This document shows, one piece after another, positions 22,200-34,708 of a stretch of DNA of 64,000 nucleotides; the first letter of the stretch is position 1; each line of letters opens with the position of its first letter. The stretch covers positions 7,392,001 through 7,456,000 of the forward strand of contig OY762007.1 in NCBI GenBank assembly GCA_963665115.1. The letters run 5' to 3'. The notes below the pieces were generated by a model, which was not told where the DNA came from, did not search any database, and worked only from the letters and a program-made list of their open reading frames with translations. Both the position numbers and the translations under genes were made by a program. Source of the DNA: an uncultured Rivularia sp. Lineage in GTDB: Bacteria > Cyanobacteriota > Cyanobacteriia > Cyanobacteriales > Nostocaceae.

Positions 22200-23465
22200 A
22201 TGTTAAATACAAAGGATATTCGTCTAGTTCGCGCTTTTAATTCCTTGCAAGGTTTATCTGTGGGTGATGCTTTTGGGGAAAAGTTTTTTCTACATTCTGA
22301 TGTGGCTGAAAATATTATTGCAGCTCGCGCTATTCCGGCAGTGCCTTGGTACTATACCGACGATACCCAAATGGCATTATCAATTTATTGGATTTTGCGA
22401 GAATACGGCGAAATTAAGCAAGATGAATTAGCGAAAAGTTTTGCTCGCAGGTATGACGAGGAAAGGGGTTATGGTGCGGGTATGCAAAGGCTGCTATTAA
22501 GTATAAGCAAAGGTCAAAAATGGCAGGATTTAAGTTGTAATTCGTTTAATGGACAAGGCTCTTATGGTAATGGTGCGGCGATGCGGGTTGCTCCTTTGGG
22601 GGCTTTTTTTGCTGATGATTTGGATTTAGTCGTTGAGCAAGCTGCTAAAAGTGCGGAAGTTACTCACGCTCACTCTGAAGGTATTGCTGGTGCAGTTGCG
22701 GTTGCTGTGGCTGCGGCTTTTGCTTCTAAATTAAAGGATTCAAATAAACCGAATAAAACGGAATTTTTGGATTTGATTCTACCTTATATTCCAGAAAGTG
22801 AAGTAGCTGCAAAAGTTCGTCAAGCCAGAAATTTACGGGATGATATAGCAGTAAATTCGGCTGCTGCAATTTTAGGAAATGGCACCAAAGTTTCAGCGCA
22901 GGATACGGTAGCTTTTGCTTTGTGGTGTGCCGCTCAACATTTAGATAATTACCAAGAAGCGCTGTGGTTAACGGTTAGCGGTTTGGGAGATAGAGATACT
23001 ACTTGTGCGATCGCCGGTGGTATTGTGGCTTTGTATGCGGGTGTAGAAAGTATTCCGGATATATGGTTGGCAGCGCGAGAGGCTTTACCAAGGTGGATCG
23101 ATTTAGATCGGGAAGAGTTGGAAAAGGAAACGGTAATTTTATATCGTCCCGTGGGAGAGAAAGAATTAGTTTTAATTCAGGAAAGTGGTTATCGAGAATT
23201 TCCACCAAGATTGCCAGAGCAACCTATTTTTTATCCGGTATTAAATGAAGAGTATGCGATAGAAATTGCTCGCGATTGGAATGCTGTAGATAATAATATT
23301 GGTTATGTGACCAAGTTTGAAGTTAAAGCTGAGTTTTTGAGTAATTATTCAGTGCAGGTTGTTGGTGCTTCGCGACATCAGGAATATTGGATTCCTGCGG
23401 GTGATTTGTTGGAATTTAATTGTAATATAGTTGGTTTAATTGAGGTGGTTAAGAAGTTTGGATGA
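22200..23465 (+). CDS. ADP-ribosylglycohydrolase (ARH/DraG family) fused to a C-terminal domain of about 110 aa
   Basis: GLSVGDAFG, YTDDTQMA, SYGNGAAMRVAP, GDRDTTCAIAG; the extra domain starts at ETVILYRPVG (about 23127). Confidence 0.88.
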   Translation: MLNTKDIRLVRAFNSLQGLSVGDAFGEKFFLHSDVAENIIAARAIPAVPWYYTDDTQMALSIYWILREYGEIKQDELAKSFARRYDEERGYGAGMQRLLLSISKGQKWQDLSCNSFNGQGSYGNGAAMRVAPLGAFFADDLDLVVEQAAKSAEVTHAHSEGIAGAVAVAVAAAFASKLKDSNKPNKTEFLDLILPYIPESEVAAKVRQARNLRDDIAVNSAAAILGNGTKVSAQDTVAFALWCAAQHLDNYQEALWLTVSGLGDRDTTCAIAGGIVALYAGVESIPDIWLAAREALPRWIDLDREELEKETVILYRPVGEKELVLIQESGYREFPPRLPEQPIFYPVLNEEYAIEIARDWNAVDNNIGYVTKFEVKAEFLSNYSVQVVGASRHQEYWIPAGDLLEFNCNIVGLIEVVKKFG

Positions 23466-23549
23466 TTGGTTTTCTATCAAAGGATTAATGATTTAAAAAA
23501 CCCCAGAGGACGCAGAGGAAGCGAAGGAAAAAGATAAAGAGAGATAGTA

Positions 23550-24011
23550 ATGGAAAGTGATGTCAGAAAAATCATAGAAGTTAGTAGGTATAGAGGATTA
23601 TGTTCTGATGAGGAAAAAGTTGTTCTGGAGTATCTAAAATCAATCAGTGAAGAGAAAGCGGTTGAAGTCCTAAAATATATGGTTGACCAAAAAAGTCTTA
23701 TTTCTACTGTATTTGCTAAAAAAGTTTTACGTTCTAAAATTCATGTAAAAAGTTTTTTTGAATATGGAGTTATCAATTCTGATGCTCAATCTATTAAAAA
23801 ATGGTTAGATTTTGCAACTCCTAAACTTGGGTTTAAATCAACAGTTTATTTAATTGAAACATTGAATAATCAAAGTAATAGGCTTATAGAAAAAGCGGTA
23901 TATTGGCTTCCTACGTTTATTTGTAATAATGATGATACAAATAAACAGAGAATACTTAGTAATTTATTAGAAAAATCAAACAGGAAAAAAGATCCCTTTA
24001 CCAGTTTGTAG
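23550..24011 (+). CDS. Hypothetical helical protein (153 aa)
   Basis: Intact AT-rich ORF with a purine-rich upstream region; no recognised motif. Confidence 0.6.
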   Translation: MESDVRKIIEVSRYRGLCSDEEKVVLEYLKSISEEKAVEVLKYMVDQKSLISTVFAKKVLRSKIHVKSFFEYGVINSDAQSIKKWLDFATPKLGFKSTVYLIETLNNQSNRLIEKAVYWLPTFICNNDDTNKQRILSNLLEKSNRKKDPFTSL

Positions 24012-24276
24012 GTTGGATTAGGTTCACTGGAAATTGGTTGTAAACAAATAATCTATATTTGAACCGTAAGCCAATATTTGGATTTTGATTGATATATAAC
24101 TGTTTGCTTTCAACCATAAATTATGTCGGGTTACGGCGCGTGTCTAAATCGTAATTACTAATTAATTTCTTTGATGCGCCGTGAAGTCAACCTGCCTACT
24201 TTAGACATAGACTTAATTTAAAATAAATAAAACGCATCCGTTGTTAAATACATCTATTGTTAAAATATAAAATTGT

Positions 24277-24891
24277 ATGGCTCAAGCAATAAATAAACTA
24301 ACAACCTTTGAGGAATTCATTGAATGGTATCCTAATAACGGGATACGCTACGAATTGCACAAAGGGGTAATTGTTGAAATGCCACCACCTAATGGCGAAC
24401 ATGAAAATGTTATTGGCTTTTTAGCTGAAAAAATTACTATACAATATGTCCGTTTAGGATTACCTTACCGTATCCCCAAAACTGGACTTGTTAAAACTCC
24501 CGACAATGATTCAACCTATTCCCCAGATATTGTGTTGGTTAATCATGATAATCTCGTCAATGAACCTTTATGGAAGAAACAATCTACACTCATTCAACCT
24601 GAATCAATTCCTCTGGTAGTTGAGGTTGTAAGTACTAATTGGAGAGATGATTATCACGACAAATTTGGGGATTACGAAGAAATGGGTATCCCTGAATACT
24701 GGATTATAGATTACGCCGCTTTGGGTGGTAAACGGTTTATTGGCAACCCCAAACAACAAACTATCACGATTTGCGAATTGGTAGATGGTGAATATCAAAC
24801 TACTCAATTTCAAGGTAATCAGTCAATAGTGTCTCCCTTATTTCCCGATTTACATCTGACAGCACAACAAATTTTTGATTCTGCTCTGTAA
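24277..24891 (+). CDS. Uma2 family (DUF820) PD-(D/E)XK endonuclease-like protein
   Basis: RYELHKG, YSPDI, LVVEVVS, K..DYEEMGIPEYWIID. Confidence 0.9.
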   Translation: MAQAINKLTTFEEFIEWYPNNGIRYELHKGVIVEMPPPNGEHENVIGFLAEKITIQYVRLGLPYRIPKTGLVKTPDNDSTYSPDIVLVNHDNLVNEPLWKKQSTLIQPESIPLVVEVVSTNWRDDYHDKFGDYEEMGIPEYWIIDYAALGGKRFIGNPKQQTITICELVDGEYQTTQFQGNQSIVSPLFPDLHLTAQQIFDSAL

Positions 24892-25000
24892 GGTATTTGA
24901 ATTCTTAGTAGTAGGTTGGGTTAGACGAAGGGCAAATAATAGTTATTTACCCGAAATTAAGATTGCGTCGTAACCCAACAGCTAGATTGTGGATATTTGG

Positions 25001-25110
25001 CAATTATCAATTATCAATTATCAATTATCAATTATCAATTATCAATTATCAATTACCAATTACCAATTACCAATTACCAATTCTCAATTACCAATTACCA
25101 ATTACCCAAT
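25001..25110. repeat. STRR heptamer array (CAATTAT/CAATTAC)n
   Basis: Visible run between two convergent genes. Confidence 0.85.
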
Positions 25111-28100
25111 TCTTAATTCCTCTTCATCCACAGTTACAAAATATTCGGGCTTTTGAATTTCTTCTATTTTTGTATCTTCAACTAATGCCAGAAATTCGGA
25201 GTTAGCAATGATAGCTGTGTCTGTGGTACGACTAAATAATCCACTACGACGACGGAATTCTTGGAAGGTTAATTGTCCATAATCGAGATTTATTAAACCA
25301 ATTTTATCGGTTCCGGGTTGAAAATCTTCGATTGTATCGGCTTCATCTTTACTAGCACCACCGTCACCAAGTTGTAAAATAAATGTGTCTTTTCCGGAGC
25401 CACCATCTAATTTATCTTTACCTTTTCCACCAAAAAGAATATCGTCGTCATCATTACCGATAAGAGTATCGTTACCAGATTCACCGAAGAAAGTATCGTT
25501 TCCGTCTCCGGTATAACGTCCATCTCCACCAAAACTTAAGAATTCAGCACCGTTGATTTCTTGATTTACAAAACTACCGATAACTATATCGTCTTTGTTG
25601 CCGGTTTTTGCTTTGCCTATTAATAAAGTTGCGAGGTTATCTTTATTAACGTCGATAATTCCGTGATAAGCTCCGTTGTCTTCTCGACGGATTCTTAGTT
25701 TGTCAAAATCTTCGATTGGTAATTCATTTATGGAATCATAAGCCCTAATTCCCAACAAATCTCCGATTAAACCTGGTTGATCGATTGTATTAGTAAAAGC
25801 TCTAACTACTCTACCGTGTTCGCTGCCAAAATCGGTAGCAAATTCAGATATTGTTCCGAAATCCATTTGAAAAGCTTCGTCGGCTGTTATTGCTAATTCT
25901 GGATTTCCAGCAATGCTTTTTTCTCCTACAAACGCTCTGGAAAATACTGAAACATCAGCGAATTTTTCGGGTGATTGAGTACCTTCTATCCTACCATCTA
26001 CGTCGTAGATATCTTCATCTGGATCGTTAAACAATGGATTTTCATCGCGATTTCTTGCGCTTGGTGGATCGAGAGCGGTAATTGTTCTGGCACCTTGAGT
26101 ATTACCCGATAAAAAGTTATTATTTTCTAACAAAAGTCCGTCTCGGTAAATTCTTCCCATTTCGGCATTTACCAAAGAACCCAAACTGTGGCCGATTAAG
26201 TTTAAACTTTGGGAAGCTTCTTGAATGTCAATTCCATAAAAATCATTTAAAGCTTTGACTGCAAATTCTGCAACTGGGCTAATCCAAGTCGCTGCGCGGA
26301 AATTTCCTCTACCTGGAACACCAAACTCAACTCCTAAACTTTCCGAGTTGTTGTAAGCCGCTTCTCTCCAGTCTAATAATAAAACGCGATCGCCGGGTTT
26401 TGTATTGGCGATTTCTTGTGCTACATCGGCAATTTTTCCTTCGGGAGCGTCATTCCAACCGTGAATTATCAGCCAGGTTTGTTCTGCCTCTGTGGGATTA
26501 TTAACTTCTAAAAAGCCAACTTTACGCAGGCTAGGATTGTTTTCTACTTGTTGGTTAAATAAAACCCCTTCTTCACTTCCCCCGGTAACAAATCCTGAAA
26601 TTGGTAAAGTACCTTCTAGGGGATTTGGTGGAAGAGTAGAAGGATCGCTTACACCTGTAATCGCATTAACTGTTGTACTTCCATAATCCCCAGCTTGCAA
26701 GCTCATGGTTTGATTACCACCAGTACCATCGGATGCAAGTTTGACGTTATAGGTTTGTTTGTTTCCTTCTAAAGAGGTTGGTGTAATTTCTTTGACGTAA
26801 CCAGCATTATCACCAACGGGAGTAATATTTATTTGGTTATTATTTGCATTCTGGGGAATTAGTGAATTGGATGCAAGATTAGATTGATTAGATACTTCAG
26901 GTACGGTAACGGTAAGATCGAAACTTATCTCTTCTTCTGGTTTCAAAAAGACGTTTACCGTATCTAAAGATAATGCAGAATCTTCGCTGCTACTTTGGGA
27001 GATAATATTACTTGTATCTTCATCACCGATATTAAGAATGGCGGTATTTTGATTTCCTAAAGTTGCACCACCTGTCAAGTTTTCCAAAGATAAATTAACA
27101 GTTTCGCTACCTTCTTTTAAATCGTCGCTGAAGATAGGAATGGTTACATTTTTCTCGATTTCTCCATCGTTGAAGTTAAGCACAATAGGAGTATTATCAA
27201 AATCCTCACCAGCGGTAGCACTACCGTTTGTTAAATTAACTGTTGCGCTAACATTTCCTAAATCACCACTAGTACGAATCACCTTAGCCGATAAAGTTGG
27301 GATTCCCGATTCAAAAGTATTAAATTCAGCTTTTTCAAACTCTAATTTACCGGGTTTTTCATTTGGATTAACGTTATTATTGCGAGCAAATTCAATTAAC
27401 TGCTTTCCTGCTTCTGTTTCATTCCAATTAATAGAACTTACTTCTTTAAAAGGAGTGGCTTTTCCTGCTGCACCTTTAATTTGAAAAATAATATCGTTGT
27501 AATCGGTATCGGAATCTTGATCTAAACGTAAATCCTCCATTCCGAATACACCCGTTCCCTCAACCAACTGCATCATTTGAATTGCGTTGTCGGGATTAGC
27601 TAAATTCAGGGAAAATAAAGGACGCTTATTATTATCAACTGCTGGATTATCCAATGCTTCTGCAACTTTACCTTGGGGAACTAACATCAAAGCAAAGTTA
27701 TCCCCAGGATTCATGCTAAAGGTTTTAGCTCCCTCGTAATCTCCTTCATTCCGATCCCTTTCCCCCAATTCTCCCGTAAATCTAGCACCTTCCGAATCAT
27801 CATTCACCACAATATAACCGTTCGTCGAATTACTTAAAACACGACGAGTGGCTTCTTGAATAAATTCATCGGAATCGGGATTTAAACTTTCCATTCCCGT
27901 AAGATTAAAAATCCCCAGTTCGCTTTGATAACCACCCGCATCAAATAAGAAATCAATAGTAAATTCACCCGTTGAATCTACAGTAAATATGCCATTTTCT
28001 AAACTTGAATTTGAATTTAAAGCAGTTTGTGGCAGAGGAGTGATTTGAGAAGATTCAGTTAAAATAGGGTCTTGAAAACTTCCTGAAAGATTATCATCAG

Positions 28101-28188
28101 TAGGTATAATATCTGGATTTAACGAGTTATCAACTGTTAAAAGGTCAATATTGTCAAAACTTGTTATGGGATTTTCTAATTTATCCAT
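25102..28188 (-). CDS. Large secreted Ca-binding protein: DUF4114-like, Calx-beta, alpha/beta-hydrolase (lipase-like) and RTX-type repeats
   Basis: FGMEDL..DSDTDYND (DUF4114-like); GSATAGEDF, LNFNDGE, DDLKEGSE (Calx-beta); IIHGW, LLLDW, IGHSLG, ITALDP (lipase); GNDTLIGNDDDDILFGGKGKDKLDGGSGKD (RTX). Confidence 0.8.
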   Translation of the reverse strand: MDKLENPITSFDNIDLLTVDNSLNPDIIPTDDNLSGSFQDPILTESSQITPLPQTALNSNSSLENGIFTVDSTGEFTIDFLFDAGGYQSELGIFNLTGMESLNPDSDEFIQEATRRVLSNSTNGYIVVNDDSEGARFTGELGERDRNEGDYEGAKTFSMNPGDNFALMLVPQGKVAEALDNPAVDNNKRPLFSLNLANPDNAIQMMQLVEGTGVFGMEDLRLDQDSDTDYNDIIFQIKGAAGKATPFKEVSSINWNETEAGKQLIEFARNNNVNPNEKPGKLEFEKAEFNTFESGIPTLSAKVIRTSGDLGNVSATVNLTNGSATAGEDFDNTPIVLNFNDGEIEKNVTIPIFSDDLKEGSETVNLSLENLTGGATLGNQNTAILNIGDEDTSNIISQSSSEDSALSLDTVNVFLKPEEEISFDLTVTVPEVSNQSNLASNSLIPQNANNNQINITPVGDNAGYVKEITPTSLEGNKQTYNVKLASDGTGGNQTMSLQAGDYGSTTVNAITGVSDPSTLPPNPLEGTLPISGFVTGGSEEGVLFNQQVENNPSLRKVGFLEVNNPTEAEQTWLIIHGWNDAPEGKIADVAQEIANTKPGDRVLLLDWREAAYNNSESLGVEFGVPGRGNFRAATWISPVAEFAVKALNDFYGIDIQEASQSLNLIGHSLGSLVNAEMGRIYRDGLLLENNNFLSGNTQGARTITALDPPSARNRDENPLFNDPDEDIYDVDGRIEGTQSPEKFADVSVFSRAFVGEKSIAGNPELAITADEAFQMDFGTISEFATDFGSEHGRVVRAFTNTIDQPGLIGDLLGIRAYDSINELPIEDFDKLRIRREDNGAYHGIIDVNKDNLATLLIGKAKTGNKDDIVIGSFVNQEINGAEFLSFGGDGRYTGDGNDTFFGESGNDTLIGNDDDDILFGGKGKDKLDGGSGKDTFILQLGDGGASKDEADTIEDFQPGTDKIGLINLDYGQLTFQEFRRRSGLFSRTTDTAIIANSEFLALVEDTKIEEIQKPEYFVTVDEEELRIG

Positions 28189-28656
28189 CGTATTAATTAA
28201 ATAATATTTACGTCATTCGATTTTTGATTTTTGATTTTTGATTCAGATAAAAATCTCAAATTAAAATATCCTATTAGACGTAGCATAATATTCAGAGTCG
28301 AATGTGAAAATGCTTCGTGTAGCTAGCAGAGTAATTAGGGTACGTAGAAATGTAGCCTTAAATTGAAATATTTATTTGACATTAATAAAGCAGCTTTGAC
28401 ATTAAGTATAACTGCTGATATTCGGTAAAAGTAGATTTTCCCCACTTTCAATATCAAAATAATGCTGCCTTGGTACTGTTAATGTTACTTATTTATTTTA
28501 ACTCTTATAGTGATTTATACGACATTTATAGAAGATTTACTGAATAATAACTGCGAGTCAGGTTAATTATGGTGCGTTATGATAATGCCTAACATACTCT
28601 AAAAACTGGATTTTGTAACTTTATAGACTCTTGGCATAAATTATTTTAATTGGATC

Positions 28657-29064
28657 TTAATTACGTTCAAAGCTCGGTAAAAATTCTTTTATATGACTTA
28701 CTTTCGGAATACGATAGTACCACCAATGCACTTCTGAATTATATTTTAATTTTGCTGTTTGACTGCCCCAAACACAATCTATAACCGGAAACGTAGCAGT
28801 AAAATACTCCTTGTCCGCAATTTTTAGACGAATTTTATATTTTTTTATCTGTTGTTCTGACGCTAATGACCAAACCTCATGAATGATATGACGACAACTC
28901 ATATCATTAAGGTATTCGTAAATTGTTTGGGTGTATCCATTTTGGATTTCAATAACTATTTTTTCCCATCTTGGAATTAAGTATTCCAGCCCTCCTTCAA
29001 TTACATGTTTAGCATACCTCTGTTGTTTACAGTATTCTTGAATTGCCGCTTCACCCTTCTGCAT
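28657..29064 (-). CDS. Hypothetical protein (135 aa)
   Basis: Intact ORF with an AAGG RBS; motif-like segments GY..TIYEYLND and WWYYRIPK. Confidence 0.65.
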   Translation of the reverse strand: MQKGEAAIQEYCKQQRYAKHVIEGGLEYLIPRWEKIVIEIQNGYTQTIYEYLNDMSCRHIIHEVWSLASEQQIKKYKIRLKIADKEYFTATFPVIDCVWGSQTAKLKYNSEVHWWYYRIPKVSHIKEFLPSFERN

Positions 29065-29263
29065 TTTTCCTTAACCAAACCTATAATTTCTAGAATACTC
29101 CGCGCTCCTTCGCGCCTGACTCTGCGTTAAAAAATATATTATGACCTAAAAAACAATCCAAAATCCAAAATCCAATTGACATCCACCAAAATATTTAGTA
29201 CAAATGCACTAAAGACTTATTATATTAAACTCAATATTCTCAAACTCTTAAAAGGAGGAGTAA

Positions 29264-31321
<2,058 letters not shown>

Positions 31322-31425
31322 ACAATTATCAATTAATAGGGAATTATGTTTTGTGTTTGAAGGACATACATCATTCCCGTTAGTATAGAGCGAGCAAGAT
31401 GCATCTCCTATCGGACACACTATCA

Positions 31426-31461
31426 ACCAGAAACCCGGTTTTTTTAAAAAACCGGGTTTCT
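31426..31461. repeat. Palindrome AAACCCGGTTTTT..AAAAACCGGGTTT
   Basis: A second copy lies at about 58321-58349, downstream of ispH. Confidence 0.6.
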
Positions 31462-31883
31462 CAGATAAGTTAGCGGTTTTATTGTTACCAATCATCTAAT
31501 AATCTATTATTTTAGCTATTTATCCCTGTTTGAAGTCTTTTATGAACGACATCTTGAATCTAAACCCTCACGTAAGGTGAGGTGCAAGGGGTTTTGAAAA
31601 AATATTTTTGATACTAGTAATGCAAAAATGTAGAGACGTTGCACTGCAACGTCTCCAGAGATTTCTGTAATTATTACGAATCTATTAACAATAACATCCC
31701 ACTGTATAAGTCAGCTAAACAAACCCTATGAAACCTTATAGCGAGAGCATCTACCGAGTAGTTTCACCTAAACTTTAAAATTATTTTCAAAAATCTTTCC
31801 GAAACCAGGATTTATACGGTGAAGTTTAAATTACAAAACTTTTACAACTATCTAACCCGCATTTGGAGTGAAAAAATAAAACC

Positions 31884-32225
31884 ATGACTGCTTTCAATAA
31901 CCCACAAGAACAATATCAACAGCAATCACAAACAAAAGATATGAATAAGGATAAAAAAAGCTTATTTGGCAGCAAAACTTTTTGGGGAATTCTTTTCACA
32001 TCAACCGCAGCTATCGCCCCTATTGTCGGAAATAATGTCGATATAATTTTACAAGAGAAAAAAGAACCTGTAAACTACGGTCAAGATGCTGCTCAAATAG
32101 TAGTAATTGTTTGCGGTGCAGCAGCATCAATTGTCGGTAGAGTCGAAGCAAAATCGCCTGTTTTTACTCCCAAATGGTTGCCGGGACCAAATAACACGGA
32201 TTCTGACTCGGAGCAAATCAGTTAA
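31884..32225 (+). CDS. Small two-TM membrane protein, holin-like
   Basis: KSLFGSKTFWG-TM ... TM-GRVEAK pattern. Confidence 0.55.
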   Translation: MTAFNNPQEQYQQQSQTKDMNKDKKSLFGSKTFWGILFTSTAAIAPIVGNNVDIILQEKKEPVNYGQDAAQIVVIVCGAAASIVGRVEAKSPVFTPKWLPGPNNTDSDSEQIS

Positions 32226-32313
32226 TTTATGAGTAATAAAATTGCGATTATTTTTACTGTTTCGGGTTGCATCTTAGATTATAAAAAAGAAGGGCTAAAG
32301 CCCCTACTACTAA

Positions 32314-33672
32314 CTAATTACTAATTACTTCAGCATTATCTATAGCTTTAGCACTACAAGTTTTTTGATTCCATAAATAAGCGCCAATTCCCACAATAAA
32401 ATTAGAAATACAAGCCGCACCAAATATTCCGTTAACTCCGTAAAGTTGTCCGCCAAAATACGCTAAGGGAATATACAGTACGAACATTCGCGTTACTGTC
32501 ATCACCACGGAAGGAATTGGTTTACCCAAAGCATTAAAAGCGGAACTTGCTACATAAATAATTCCCGCACCGGCATAGCTAATTGGTACAATCCATAAAT
32601 ATTGAGAAGCAATTGCAACGATATCTGGATTTGGATTGAAGAAAGCAACTAAAGTCGGCGCGGTGACAGCTAAAACCGCTGTTGCCATCAAACCCCAAAA
32701 TAAACAAAATACAAAACTTAACTGCAAAGCTTTACCAACCCTTGCATACTTCTTCGCGCCCCAATTTTGTCCTACGAAAGGCGCAATAGAAGAAGATAAC
32801 GCCATCACGGCAATCAATGCAAAAGATTCTATCCGGGATGCAACCCCAAAAGCAGCAACAGCTTCAGCACCAAAACCTGCTAAAAGACTTGTAATTACAC
32901 CAATCGAAATCGGATTAATCATACTGCTAGCGGCAGCAGGCAAACCAACATACAAAATATCTTTCCAGCACCACAGCGTATCTTTAATAGTTGGCAGCTT
33001 TAAATACAGCATTTTTTCCTTGAAGTGCAGTACAACTAAAGCAGCAATTAAAGTAGTACCTCTTGAAATTACCGTTGCTAAAGCCGCACCTTGCAATTCC
33101 ATACGAGGAAAAACGCCTATTCCCAAAATTAACAAAGGATCTAAAGCAATATTTACAGCTGCTGCAAATATCATAATTAAACTGGGTGTTACCGTATTTC
33201 CAGAAGCGCGAATTGCACTATTACCCACCATCGGCACTACCAGAAACACCATACCAACGTACCAAATCTGCATATAGTCTCGCACCAACGGTAGTATATC
33301 GGGAGTCGCACCCAAAGCGGTAAATAAAGGATCGATAGTTAATAAACCTATAATCACAAAAATTACAACCGCAGTTATCGCCAAAGTCAAACTATTAGTA
33401 GTAAACTTTTTCACACGTTGGCGATCGCCCTCTCCAATAGCGCGGGAAATCACCGAAGAAGCCCCCACACCCAATCCCATCGACAAACTACCGAGAGTCA
33501 TCACCACCGGAAACGTAAAACTCATCGCCGCCAAAGGCTTCGTTCCCAACTGCCCGACAAAGTAAGTATCTACCAAATTGAAAGCAATAATCGCAAATAC
33601 ACCCCATATCATCGGTATGGTGAGTTTTACTAAGCTAGAGCCGACATTGCCTTCAGTTAATCGTTGTTTCAT
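32314..33672 (-). CDS. MATE family efflux transporter
   Basis: About 12 TM segments; NLVDTYFVGQLG, RASGNT..P, NIALDPLLI, FVGQNWGAK. Confidence 0.93.
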   Translation of the reverse strand: MKQRLTEGNVGSSLVKLTIPMIWGVFAIIAFNLVDTYFVGQLGTKPLAAMSFTFPVVMTLGSLSMGLGVGASSVISRAIGEGDRQRVKKFTTNSLTLAITAVVIFVIIGLLTIDPLFTALGATPDILPLVRDYMQIWYVGMVFLVVPMVGNSAIRASGNTVTPSLIMIFAAAVNIALDPLLILGIGVFPRMELQGAALATVISRGTTLIAALVVLHFKEKMLYLKLPTIKDTLWCWKDILYVGLPAAASSMINPISIGVITSLLAGFGAEAVAAFGVASRIESFALIAVMALSSSIAPFVGQNWGAKKYARVGKALQLSFVFCLFWGLMATAVLAVTAPTLVAFFNPNPDIVAIASQYLWIVPISYAGAGIIYVASSAFNALGKPIPSVVMTVTRMFVLYIPLAYFGGQLYGVNGIFGAACISNFIVGIGAYLWNQKTCSAKAIDNAEVISN

Positions 33673-33687
33673 AAATAAAAATTTAGT

Positions 33688-33980
33688 AGTTAGTTGTTAG
33701 TTGTTAGTAGTTAGTTGTTAGTTGTTAGTTGTTAGTTGTTGGGCATTGGTAATTGGTAATTGGTAATTGGGCATTGGTAATTGGTAATTGGTAATTGGTA
33801 ATTGGTAATTGGTAATTGGTAATTGGTAATTGGTAATTGGTAATTGGACATTGGGCATTGGTAATTGGTAATTGGTAATTGGGCATTGGTAATTGGGCAT
33901 TGGAGATTGGTAATTGGTAATTGGTAATTGGTAATTGGTAATTGGGCATTGGTAATTGGTAATTGAGCATTGGGAATTGG
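33688..33980. repeat. Long compound STRR array: (GTTAGTT)n then (TTGGTAA/TTGGGCA)n
   Basis: About 290 bp of uninterrupted heptamer phase in the divergent intergenic region. Confidence 0.92.
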
Positions 33981-34135
33981 AAACAATTAGGGAGCAAGAT
34001 GCTCCCACTACAAATTATTTATTTATAAATCTTTCCCCTTGTCTCCTTGTCTCCTTGTCCCCCTTGTCTCCTTGTCTCCCCCCTCTTCCCCATCTCCCCC
34101 TCTCCTCACATTTTCACATTCACGATTTAAAAAAT

Positions 34136-34708
34136 ATGAAAATACTCCTCATAGCCTTTGGCTGGGCTGTTGCTCTTAGTATTGGTACTTTTTTCCTGTT
34201 TTTATCAAATCTATCAAATCATCTGAATCTTAAAGATGTTATGTCAGAGTTTACCCGCTATGGTGCGACTATTGGTTCTATCGGAGGATTGACTATCGGT
34301 ATAGTGCTGATGTGGACTACAAAAGTAATTAAGCCATCTCATGTTGCTCTTTTAACGTTTATTTGGGGAGCCAGTTTCTTCAGCGGTTTGACTATAGGTT
34401 GGCAATTCTTTCTACTGGATGCTAAGAGTGAAATTTTTAGCAGAGGTATGATTGTTGGCATGACTATAGGTGGCACTCTGGGCGGTTTTTTTACGGCTTT
34501 ACTATTACAGCATCATCAACTATTAAATGACTGGATTAATATTTCCCTCGTCACCGTTGGCTGGTTTCTAGCTTTATTTGACGGTAGCTCCTTTATCTTC
34601 GGCTTTAACTTTGTAGGCATTCCCATAATATTTACTTGCGCCGTTATTACTAGCGGAATGATTATCGGTACAGTTGGTGGCACCATTATGTTTTGGCGAA
34701 TGAGATAA
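34136..34708 (+). CDS. Gly-rich multi-pass membrane protein
   Basis: About 6 hydrophobic helices with GxxxG motifs. Start at MKILLIAF because the upstream part of the ORF is repeat-derived. Confidence 0.7.
   Translation: MKILLIAFGWAVALSIGTFFLFLSNLSNHLNLKDVMSEFTRYGATIGSIGGLTIGIVLMWTTKVIKPSHVALLTFIWGASFFSGLTIGWQFFLLDAKSEIFSRGMIVGMTIGGTLGGFFTALLLQHHQLLNDWINISLVTVGWFLALFDGSSFIFGFNFVGIPIIFTCAVITSGMIIGTVGGTIMFWRMR

Noticed and set aside
33718..34008. Three overlapping ORFs (ITNYQLP repeats) as RiPP precursors
   Set aside because: They are translations of a heptamer array open in three frames, with no RBS or modifying enzymes nearby.
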